Source: Rhodobacter capsulatus SB 1003
Lineage (GTDB): Bacteria > Pseudomonadota > Alphaproteobacteria > Rhodobacterales > Rhodobacteraceae
NCBI RefSeq assembly: GCF_000021865.1
Contig: NC_014034.1
Span: 1,890,001-1,922,000 of the forward strand
DNA: 32,000 nucleotides
Direction of reading: 5' to 3'
Shown here: positions 8,983-16,750 of the stretch, piece after piece
Layout of the letters: every line of letters begins with the position of its first letter
How positions within the stretch are numbered: the stretch's first letter is position 1
The notes under the pieces: model-generated
Database searches by the model: none
The model's input: only the letters and a program-made list of their open reading frames with translations
What the model was told of the DNA's origin: nothing
Position numbers and translations under genes: made by a program

Positions 8983-10604
8983 TGGCCAAGGAACGGCTTT
9001 ACCTTTACGACACCACGCTTCGCGACGGCCAGCAGACGCAGGGCGTGCAATTTTCCGTGCCGGAAAAGATCGCGATTGCTCAGGCGCTGGATGACATCGG
9101 CGTCGATTACATCGAAGGCGGCTGGCCGGGGGCGAACCCGACCGACAGCGATTTCTTTGACGCGCGGCCCAGAACGCGGGCGACCTTCACCGCCTTTGGC
9201 ATGACGAAACGCGCCGGACGCTCGGCCGCGAATGACGACGTGCTGGCGGCGGTGATGAATGCGGCCACGCCCGCCGTCTGTCTGGTGGGCAAGACGCATG
9301 ATTACCATGTCACCGCCGCGCTTGGGATCTCGCTTGAGGAAAACCTTGAAAACATTCGCGCTTCCGTCGCCCATATGGTGGCCGAAGGGCGCGAGGCGCT
9401 GTTTGACGCCGAGCATTTCTTTGACGGCTACAAGGCAAACCCCGCCTATGCGCTGGCCTGCTGTTTGACCGCCTATCAGGCTGGCGCCCGCTGGGTAATC
9501 CTGTGCGACACGAACGGCGGCACGCTGCCCGCCGAGGTGGGCACGATCACCGCCGCGGTCATCGCCGCGGGGGTGCCGGGCGATCACCTGGGCATCCATT
9601 GCCATGACGACACCGGAACGGCGGTGGCGAATTCCTTGGCCGCGATCGACGCCGGCGCGCGGCAGGTGCAGGGCACGCTGAACGGTCTGGGCGAGCGCTG
9701 CGGCAATGCCAACCTGACCACGCTGATCCCCACGCTGCTGCTCAAGGAACCCTACAAAAGCCGTTACGAAACAGGCGTTTCCGAGGCGAAGCTCACGGGC
9801 ATCACACGGCTCTCGCGCCGTCTGGACGACATCCTGAACCGGGTGCCCCTGCGCTCGGCCGCCTATGTCGGCGCCTCGGCTTTCGCGCACAAGGCGGGGC
9901 TGCATGCCTCGGCGATCCTGAAAGACCCGTCGACCTACGAACATATCGCGCCCGAGACGGTCGGCAACACCCGGCTTATTCCGATGTCCAATCAGGCCGG
10001 GCAGTCGAACCTGCGCGCGCGGCTGGCCGCGATGGGGATCACGGTCGATCCGAAGGATCCGCGGCTGGCGCAGATCCTGGACGAGATCAAGGCGCGCGAG
10101 GATCGCGGCTATGCCTATGACGGCGCGCAGGCGAGCTTCGAGCTGGTGGCGCGGCGCGTGCTGGGACTTTGCCCGCAATTCTTTGAAATCAAACGCTATC
10201 GCGTGATCGTGGAACGCCGCAAGAACCGCTATGACCAGATGGTTTCGGTGTCCGAAGCGGTCGTCGTGGTGAAGATCGGCGGCGACAAGATGCTGTCGGT
10301 TTCCGAAAGCATGGATGCCGAGGGGCATGACCGCGGCCCGGTGAACGCGCTCTCGAAAGCGCTGGTGAAGGATCTGGGCCCCTATACCGGCTGCATAGAG
10401 GACATGAAACTGGTCGATTTCCGCGTCCGCATCACCCAGGGCGGCACCGAGGCCGTGACCCGCGTCATCATCGACAGCGAGGACGGTCACGGCCAGCGCT
10501 GGTCGACCGTGGGGGTCAGTCCGAACATCGTCGACGCCTCGTTCGAGGCGCTTCTGGATGCGATCATCTGGAAGCTGATCCGCGACGGGGCGCAACCGGC
10601 ATGA
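8982..10604 (+). CDS. cimA: Citramalate synthase / LeuA-family (LeuA_allo type) enzyme
   Basis: LYLYDTTLRDGQQTQGV HMGL-like barrel, HCHDDTGTAVANSLAA, and a C-terminal LeuA-dimer-like domain. Length and N-terminus fit the CimA subfamiy better than LeuA. The start overlaps the cysS stop (TGATG). Confidence 0.75.
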   Translation: MAKERLYLYDTTLRDGQQTQGVQFSVPEKIAIAQALDDIGVDYIEGGWPGANPTDSDFFDARPRTRATFTAFGMTKRAGRSAANDDVLAAVMNAATPAVCLVGKTHDYHVTAALGISLEENLENIRASVAHMVAEGREALFDAEHFFDGYKANPAYALACCLTAYQAGARWVILCDTNGGTLPAEVGTITAAVIAAGVPGDHLGIHCHDDTGTAVANSLAAIDAGARQVQGTLNGLGERCGNANLTTLIPTLLLKEPYKSRYETGVSEAKLTGITRLSRRLDDILNRVPLRSAAYVGASAFAHKAGLHASAILKDPSTYEHIAPETVGNTRLIPMSNQAGQSNLRARLAAMGITVDPKDPRLAQILDEIKAREDRGYAYDGAQASFELVARRVLGLCPQFFEIKRYRVIVERRKNRYDQMVSVSEAVVVVKIGGDKMLSVSESMDAEGHDRGPVNALSKALVKDLGPYTGCIEDMKLVDFRVRITQGGTEAVTRVIIDSEDGHGQRWSTVGVSPNIVDASFEALLDAIIWKLIRDGAQPA

Positions 10605-11362
10605 GCGATCCGGTCGCGCTTTGCGCCGAGCGGCTGGCGGCGGGCGACCCCGACCGCTTTGCCGCCGTCATGGCTTGCCCCGCGCCGGATCGGGCGGCGC
10701 TTTTCGCGCTTTACGCCGCCAATCTGGCGATTGCGCAGGCGCCCTGGGCCAGTGCCGAGCCGCTGGTGGCCGAGATGCGGCTGCAATGGTGGATCGACGC
10801 GCTGGGGGCCTTGGCCGATCAGGGCAGGCCGGTCCCGCAGGAGATCGGACCGGCGCTGGAGCTTCTGCCCGCGGCGGCGCTGCGCGGCCTGATCGCCGTG
10901 GCCGAGGCGCGTCGTGCCGATTGTCACGGCGAGGCCTTTGCCGATGCGGCGCGGCTCTGGGATTATCTTGACGCGACGTCGGGGGCGGTTTGTGCCGCCG
11001 CCGGGGCCTGTCTGGGCGCCGGGTCCGAGGCGGTGCTGCATGCCCACGGCGCCGCGGCGGGATTGGCGAACTGGTTGATCGCGCTGCCGGAATTGACGGC
11101 GCGGGGGCGGCTGACGCTGGCGGGGGCGACGCCTGACGCGCTGGCCTTGCTGGCGCGTGACGGCACGGCGCGGCTGCATGCGGCGCAAGCGGCCCTGCGG
11201 GCGGCCCCCGCCGGGGCGCGGCTGGCGGCGCTGAGCGGCTGGCAGGCCGCGGCGGTGTTGCACCGCGCGGCGGCCGCGCCCGAGCGGATCGCGGCGGGGG
11301 CCCTGCGCGGGTCGGAATTCAGCCGTCGTCTCGGGCTGTTGCGGGCCCGGCTGGCGGTGTGA
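10601..11362 (+). CDS. Squalene/phytoene-synthase-fold family protein that appears to lack the Asp-rich motifs
   Basis: Scaffold motifs LFALYAANL...MRLQWWIDAL...YLDATSGAVCAAAGACLG resemble SQS_PSY. There is an ATGA overlap with cimA. See findings. Confidence 0.55.
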   Translation: MSDPVALCAERLAAGDPDRFAAVMACPAPDRAALFALYAANLAIAQAPWASAEPLVAEMRLQWWIDALGALADQGRPVPQEIGPALELLPAAALRGLIAVAEARRADCHGEAFADAARLWDYLDATSGAVCAAAGACLGAGSEAVLHAHGAAAGLANWLIALPELTARGRLTLAGATPDALALLARDGTARLHAAQAALRAAPAGARLAALSGWQAAAVLHRAAAAPERIAAGALRGSEFSRRLGLLRARLAV

Positions 11363-11434
11363 TCTTGCGCAAGAAAAGAGCGCAAACACCCGTTTCGCTT
11401 AAGTGAATCTTCAAAAGTTCCGGTCATGTTCCGA

Positions 11435-11462
11435 CGAGTGCCCCGGGGCACGGCCTCGTTTT
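11435..11462 (+). terminator. GC-rich hairpin plus TTTT: terminator of the upstream operon or an mcp leader structure
   Basis: Contains the perfect 14-bp palindrome gtgccccggggcac (11438-11451). An alternative outer pairing is cgag/ctcg, followed immediately by TTTT at 11459-11462. Confidence 0.4.
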
Positions 11463-11493
11463 GCCCGCCCGGGCGCTGCGCTGGAGATCCGGA

Positions 11494-14400
11494 ATGCCCT
11501 TTTTCAAAAGCCTCAAGCTGCGCTTGAAGCTGCCTCTGATGCTGGTGACGATTGCCGTGGGCGCGCTTGCGGTGATGGGCGTTTCCTCTTATCGGGAGGC
11601 GCGCAATCTGCTGCTGGAACAGGGCAGCCAGCGCCTTGAGCATACGTTGCAGACCCGGGCGCAGGGCGCGCAGGGCTGGGCCGATCAGGTGCAGTCGGAG
11701 CTGCGGGCGATGGCGGTCAATCAGGGCACCGCGCGGCTGATGCGCGATTTTTCGGGCGCCTGGAAGATGCTGGGCGCGGGGGCGGCCGACAATCTGCGCA
11801 AGGCGTGGGTCGAGACCAACCCGAACCCCGAGGCAGAGCGTTGGAAGCTTGATTTCGCAGGCGATATCAATGATTTCGGGATCATTCACCGGCGCGCGCA
11901 TCCGGGCTTCGTGACGCAGTCGAAAGAACGCGGTCTGGCCGATCTGTTCTTTGTCGATCCGAAGGGGCGGGTGCTTTATTCGCTGCGCAAGGGGCCGGAA
12001 TTCGCCGCCGATCTGACCGATCCGGCGCTGCAGCAAAGCCCGCTCGCCCGGGTTGTCGCGCAGGCGCTGGCCAGTTCCGAGCAGGTGCCGCAGATCTCCG
12101 ACTTCGTTTCCGCCGGGCCGGGGGGCGTCCCTGTCGTCTATCTGGCGCAGACGGTGCGCAGTGCCGAAGGCGTTTCGCTGGGTGTCGTGGCCTTTGCGGC
12201 GCGGCTGGATCCGCTGCTGCAGATGATCACCGCCCCGCAATCGCTGGGCGAAACCGGGCAGGCCTATCTGGTCGATGGCAGCGGGATTCTGCAGTCCCCG
12301 TTGCGGGCGGGCGCTTCGGTGAGCCCGGGAGCGACGGTGAAAACCCCCGCCGTGACCGCCGCGCTGGCGGGGGCAACCGGGCGGATCGAGCAATCGGGCG
12401 TCGAGGGCGGCAGCGTTCTGGCGGTGCATGCGCCGTTGCAGATCTTCGGCCGTCCGATGGCGCTGGTGGTCGAGCAGTCCGACCGCGAATTGTTTGCCCC
12501 GGCGCGTGAACTGGCGCAGAAGCTTGGTGTGAATGCGGCTTTGCTGATTGCGGTTCTGGCGGCGATTTCGACCTGGATGGCGCGCGGGATCGCCCGTCCG
12601 CTGCACGATCTGGCGGCGGCGGTCAACCGGATCAGCCGGGGCGATCATGCGCTGCGCGTTCCCGGCACCGGATCGCGGGACGAGGTCGGCGAGATCGCCC
12701 AGGCGGTCGAGGCCCTGCGCGGCGATCTGGCCGCCTCCGAAGCCACCCGCCATGCGGCGATGGTGCAGGGGACGGCGTTTCGCAATTCCTCGGCGGCGCT
12801 GATGGTGGTCGGCTCCGATCTGACCATCACCTATGTGAATACGGCGCTGATCAGGCTGGTGGAGGTGAAACTGCCGGATTTCCGCCTGCGGCAGCCCGAT
12901 TTGCAGCCCGAAACCCTGGTGGGACAATCGCTTGCCGCGCTTTACCCGCTGAGCGCCGAGATCGAGGCCCGGCTGCAGGATCCGGCGCAGCTGCCGTTCC
13001 GGCGCGATGTCGCGGTGGGCGAAGGCCGGTTTGGCGTCGATTTTTCCGAGATCAGGACGCCCGATGGCGCGCAGCTGGGCTTTGTCGTCGAATGGCGCGA
13101 CGTGACCGAGCTGCGGATGACCCGGGCGCTTTTGAACGCGCTCGACAGCACGCAGCTGATGCTCGAATTTTCGCCCGCGGGCCGGGTTGCGCGCGGCAAT
13201 GCCAATCTGCTGGCGGCGCTTGGCGAGACCGAGGCGACGTTGACCGGGCGCAGCCACGAGGGGCTGATCGAGGGCGAGGGGGCGCTGGCCGGGTTCTGGT
13301 CGCGTCTGGAACGGCTGGAGCCGGTGATCGGCCGCTTCGCGCTGATCCGGGCCGATGGCGCGCGCGTGGTGGCCGAAGGCAGCGTCACGCCGGTGCCGGA
13401 CCGCGCGGGCAACATGCTCAAGATCGTGCTGATCGCCAATGACATCACCGAGGCGCAATCGGCGCTGGAGCGGGCGCGGGCGCGCAACGAGACGATGCTG
13501 GCCGAGCAGCGCGGCGTGGTCGAGGCCCTGCGGGTCGGTCTGGAAGATCTGGCCCGGGGCGATCTGGGCAGCCGGATCGGGCAGCAATTTCCGCCCGAAT
13601 ACGAACAGCTGCGGACCGATTTCAACAATGCCGCCACGACGCTTGGCGCGGCGATGCTGGTGGTGATCGACAATGCGCAAAGCATCGACGGCGAGGTGAG
13701 CGAAATCACCAATGCCGCCTCGGATCTGAGCCAGCGCACCGAACGGCAGGCGGCGACGCTGGCCGAGACGGTGACCGCGCTGGACCAGCTGACCACCTCG
13801 ATCGGCGCCGCGACGGCGAGCATTTCCGAGGCGGATCAGGTGGTCGAACGGGCCCGGATCGGCGCCGAAAGCTCGGGGCGGGTGGTGCAGCAGGCGGTCT
13901 CTGCCATGGGCGAAATCGCCGAATCGTCGCAAAAGATTTCGCGCATCATCGGGGTGATCGAAGACATCGCCTTCCAGACCAACCTGCTGGCGCTGAACGC
14001 GGGCGTCGAAGCCGCCCGGGCGGGCGAGGCCGGGCGCGGCTTTGCCGTCGTCGCCTCGGAGGTGCGGGCGCTGGCGCAGCGGTCCTCGGCCGCCGCGCAG
14101 GAGATTTCCGGCCTGATCAGCGCCTCCTCGGATCACGTGCAGGTCGGGGTCGATCTGGTCGGTCAGACCGGGCAGGCGCTGGATGGCATCCTGGTCTCGG
14201 TCAATGACATTTCCGGGCGTGTGTCGAAGATCGCCTCCTCGGCGCGCGAACAATCGACCGGCCTGTCGGAGATCAACCGCGCGATGATCGAACTGGATCA
14301 GGTGACGCAGCAAAACGCCGCGATGTTCGAGGAAACCACGGCCGCCGCGCAGGCGCTCAGCCGCGGCGTGCAGGCGCTGACCGCCACGACGGCGCGCTTC

Positions 14401-14550
14401 CGGGCGCCCGAACCTGACAACGCGGTCGTGACGCCGCCTGCGGTCGTCGCGCCGCCAGTGAAGCTGCGGCCCCCCAAAGCCTCCAGGCCGCCGCGCAGTC
14501 TTGGCGCGCTGGCCATTGCCGAAGACGGGAGCGAATGGGTCGACTTTTGA
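11494..14550 (+). CDS. Methyl-accepting chemotaxis protein (1018 aa): TM, Cache-like periplasmic domain, TM, HAMP, two PAS, MA domain, C-terminal EWVDF
   Basis: Two hydrophobic segments (aa 13-33 and 345-362), a HAMP after TM2, and the highly conserved hairpin tip EDIAFQTNLLALNAGVEAARAGEAGRGFAVVASEVRALA. ATG at 11494 with SD GGAG. Confidence 0.9.
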   Translation: MPFFKSLKLRLKLPLMLVTIAVGALAVMGVSSYREARNLLLEQGSQRLEHTLQTRAQGAQGWADQVQSELRAMAVNQGTARLMRDFSGAWKMLGAGAADNLRKAWVETNPNPEAERWKLDFAGDINDFGIIHRRAHPGFVTQSKERGLADLFFVDPKGRVLYSLRKGPEFAADLTDPALQQSPLARVVAQALASSEQVPQISDFVSAGPGGVPVVYLAQTVRSAEGVSLGVVAFAARLDPLLQMITAPQSLGETGQAYLVDGSGILQSPLRAGASVSPGATVKTPAVTAALAGATGRIEQSGVEGGSVLAVHAPLQIFGRPMALVVEQSDRELFAPARELAQKLGVNAALLIAVLAAISTWMARGIARPLHDLAAAVNRISRGDHALRVPGTGSRDEVGEIAQAVEALRGDLAASEATRHAAMVQGTAFRNSSAALMVVGSDLTITYVNTALIRLVEVKLPDFRLRQPDLQPETLVGQSLAALYPLSAEIEARLQDPAQLPFRRDVAVGEGRFGVDFSEIRTPDGAQLGFVVEWRDVTELRMTRALLNALDSTQLMLEFSPAGRVARGNANLLAALGETEATLTGRSHEGLIEGEGALAGFWSRLERLEPVIGRFALIRADGARVVAEGSVTPVPDRAGNMLKIVLIANDITEAQSALERARARNETMLAEQRGVVEALRVGLEDLARGDLGSRIGQQFPPEYEQLRTDFNNAATTLGAAMLVVIDNAQSIDGEVSEITNAASDLSQRTERQAATLAETVTALDQLTTSIGAATASISEADQVVERARIGAESSGRVVQQAVSAMGEIAESSQKISRIIGVIEDIAFQTNLLALNAGVEAARAGEAGRGFAVVASEVRALAQRSSAAAQEISGLISASSDHVQVGVDLVGQTGQALDGILVSVNDISGRVSKIASSAREQSTGLSEINRAMIELDQVTQQNAAMFEETTAAAQALSRGVQALTATTARFRAPEPDNAVVTPPAVVAPPVKLRPPKASRPPRSLGALAIAEDGSEWVDF

Positions 14551-14596
14551 GACTGAACCGAAAATGGGCGCACCGTCGCCATAAACGGGAAATGAA

Positions 14597-15643
14597 ATGA
14601 CACCGAAACGCGTTCTGATCGTCGATGATTCCCCGACCATTCGGGCCTTGATCCGGACCAAGCTGGCCGCGGATCCGCGCATCGTCGTGGTCGGCGAGGC
14701 AAGCGATCCTTTCGAGGCGCGCGAGAAGATCAAGGCCCTGTCCCCCGACGTGCTGACGCTTGACGTCGAGATGCCCCGGATGAACGGGCTTGAATTTCTC
14801 GAAAAGCTGATGCGGCTGCGGCCGATGCCGGTGGTGATGATTTCCACCGAAACCCAGAAAGGCTCGGCTGCGGCGCTGGAAGCGCTGTCGCTTGGTGCGG
14901 TCGAATGCGTCGGCAAGCCGAGCTTCGACCGGCTCTCGGACACTTTCCTGAACCTGGCCGAGCTCTTGGTCGCGGCGGCGAATGCGCGGCTGCGCAGTCC
15001 GGGACCGCGCGCCCAGATCGCCCCGGCCCAGGACTTCAAGTGGAACGGGAAAGTCGTGCTGATCGGGTCTTCGACCGGCGGCGTGGATGCGCTGGAAACG
15101 CTGCTCTCGGGCTATCCACGCAACTGTCCGCCGACCCTGATCACCCAGCACATGCCGGAAGGGTTCCTGGCCAGTTTCGCGCGCCGTCTGGACGGGCGGA
15201 TGGTGCCCACGGTCGAGCTGGCCCGCGATGGGGCGCCGCTGGTGCCGGGCACGGTCTATCTGGCGCCGGGGGGCGATTACCATCTGGCGGTCAGCCCCTC
15301 GGATCCGCCGCGTTGCAAGCTTGTCGCCAGCGACAAGCGCAACGGCCACCGCCCCTCGGTCGAGGTGCTGTTCGAATCGGCCGTGCCGATCGCGCAGAAG
15401 GTGGTGTCCGTGATGCTCACGGGGATGGGACGCGATGGCGCCGAAGCGATGAAACGCCTGCGCCAGGCCGGGGCCCGCTGCCTCGCGCAGGACGAGGCGA
15501 CCTGTGTCGTCTTCGGCATGCCGCGCGCCGCGATCGAGATCGGGGCCGCCGAAAAGGCGGTGCCGATCGGCAAGATGTCCCAGTCGGTGCTGCAGCTTTG
15601 CGCCGGCAGTCAGATGCAGTTCAAATCGTCACGGAGGGAATAA
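14597..15643 (+). CDS. cheB: Chemotaxis response regulator protein-glutamate methylesterase
   Basis: Receiver (VLIVDDS...LTLDVEMPRMNG) plus an esterase domain (GSSTGG, ITQHMP, LTGMGRDG). Confidence 0.93.
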   Translation: MTPKRVLIVDDSPTIRALIRTKLAADPRIVVVGEASDPFEAREKIKALSPDVLTLDVEMPRMNGLEFLEKLMRLRPMPVVMISTETQKGSAAALEALSLGAVECVGKPSFDRLSDTFLNLAELLVAAANARLRSPGPRAQIAPAQDFKWNGKVVLIGSSTGGVDALETLLSGYPRNCPPTLITQHMPEGFLASFARRLDGRMVPTVELARDGAPLVPGTVYLAPGGDYHLAVSPSDPPRCKLVASDKRNGHRPSVEVLFESAVPIAQKVVSVMLTGMGRDGAEAMKRLRQAGARCLAQDEATCVVFGMPRAAIEIGAAEKAVPIGKMSQSVLQLCAGSQMQFKSSRRE

Positions 15644-15645
15644 TC

Positions 15646-16161
15646 ATGGCAGGACCTCACAAAACCCTCCATATCGCGCAGGGCGAATTCATCACCGCCA
15701 AGGGGGCCGAGGCGTCGATCTCGACCATTCTCGGGTCCTGCGTCGCGACCTGTCTTTATGACGAGAGCGGCCAGGTCGGCGGGATGAACCATTTCCTGTT
15801 GCCCGACGGCGCGGGGGCCTCGCTCAATTCCGCGCGGTTCGGCGTCAACGCGATGGAATTGCTGATCAACGCGCTGATCAAGGAGGGCGCCAATCGCAAG
15901 CGCCTGAAGGCGAAGGTGTTCGGCGGCGGTCGGATGATCGCGGGCCTGACCGATGTCGGGCAGAAGAATGCGGAATTCGTGCTCGATTTCCTGCGCCGCG
16001 AGGGGATCGAATGCACCGGGCAGAGCCTGGGCGGAACGCAGGCGCGGCGGGTCGAATTCTGGCCCGGAACCGGCCGGGCGCGGCAGCGGCTCTTGGGCGA
16101 GACCCGGGTCGTCGAGACGCCGCCGGTGATGGCGGCGGGCAACGGCGTCGAGCTGTTCTGA
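15646..16161 (+). CDS. cheD: Chemoreceptor glutamine deamidase CheD
   Basis: ILGSCVATCLYD (Cys nucleophile), GMNHFLLP and KVFGGG. The start is 2 nt after the cheB stop, with SD GGAGGG. The track ORF from 14905 is a spurious 5' extension overlapping cheB. Confidence 0.9.
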   Translation: MAGPHKTLHIAQGEFITAKGAEASISTILGSCVATCLYDESGQVGGMNHFLLPDGAGASLNSARFGVNAMELLINALIKEGANRKRLKAKVFGGGRMIAGLTDVGQKNAEFVLDFLRREGIECTGQSLGGTQARRVEFWPGTGRARQRLLGETRVVETPPVMAAGNGVELF

Positions 16162-16181
16162 GCGCCAGGACGACAGGCAAG

Positions 16182-16212
16182 GCCCCGGATCGTGTCAATC
16201 CGGGGCTTTTTG
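16182..16212 (+). terminator. Rho-independent terminator after cheD
   Basis: Perfect 9-bp stem gccccggat/atccggggc with a 7-nt loop, then TTTTTG. Confidence 0.75.
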
Positions 16213-16238
16213 CTGTGCTGATCGCTGCGACCGCGCAT

Positions 16239-16276
16239 AAAAAAACACCGACGCGACCGGCAGGTCGACATCGGTG
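16239..16276 (-). terminator. Rho-independent terminator of the minus-strand che operon
   Basis: On the - strand, a caccgatgtcgac...gtcgcgtcggtg hairpin (6 bp, internal loop, 4 bp) is followed by TTTTTTT (A-run at 16239-16245 on +). Confidence 0.6.
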
Positions 16277-16360
16277 CGCTCTGGCGCTCAGGTTCGGGAC
16301 GTCAGCGGTCGACCGGGGCAACCAGCTGCGCAACAGGAAGAGCCGGTGGTTCGTGTGATC

Positions 16361-16750
16361 TCAGAACCACTGGATCTCCCCTTGCTCTTCTTGCTGGACC
16401 TCGTGCCGCTGCTGTTCGGGGTCGAGATTCGTCGCCAGCTCGTGCAGGCGCAGGCGCGACAGGATCGGCACTGCGTGAAGCTTCACGTCCTGCGGCATTT
16501 CCGTGGACACGGCCGACATCAGACGGCCGAGATCCTCCAGCGCCTGGGTGATCCGGTCGATCCCCTGCAGGCCGCGGATTGCGGCCGCATCTGTGTGATC
16601 GGCGAAATGGCACAGCGAAATCGCACGCTGCACCTCTGACGAGAGCCGGGCGAGCGTGTCCAGCTCGTCTCCGATGCGGGCCGCAAGGGCATCGAGCGGC
16701 AGATCTCTGCGCTCGATGGGGATGGAGGCGATGCTGGGGAGCTCGATCAT
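16361..16750 (-). CDS. 129-aa helical protein of unknown family, last gene of the che operon; CheT/CheZ-like candidate
   Basis: The ATG at 16750 overlaps the cheY stop (ATGA). GC3-rich codons. Contains GIDRITQ (DxxxQ) and the acidic tail ...QQEEQGEIQWF. It is only the C-terminal part of the 304-aa track ORF 16361..17275. Confidence 0.6.
   Translation of the reverse strand: MIELPSIASIPIERRDLPLDALAARIGDELDTLARLSSEVQRAISLCHFADHTDAAAIRGLQGIDRITQALEDLGRLMSAVSTEMPQDVKLHAVPILSRLRLHELATNLDPEQQRHEVQQEEQGEIQWF

Noticed and set aside
10963-15039. 1358-aa minus-strand ORF, the longest in the track
   Set aside because: It runs antisense across three independently well-supported genes (SQS/PSY-like, mcp, cheB) and two intergenic regions. 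Its translation is Arg/Gly/Ala/Pro-rich low-complexity sequence with no motifs. This is the typical stop-codon-poor antisense frame of GC-rich DNA.
14905-15645. 5' extension of the cheD reading frame, giving a 418-aa ORF
   Set aside because: The extension overlaps cheB out of frame and is low-complexity Arg/Gly/Ala sequence. CheD homology begins at MAGPHKTLHI, which has its own SD (GGAGGG).
16364-16378. C-terminal EIQWF of the 129-aa protein as a CheR/CheB-docking pentapeptide
   Set aside because: The docking motif is xWxxF, with two residues between W and F. Here W and F are adjacent, so it does not fit. I mention it only as an aromatic tail in the CheZ-like analogy.
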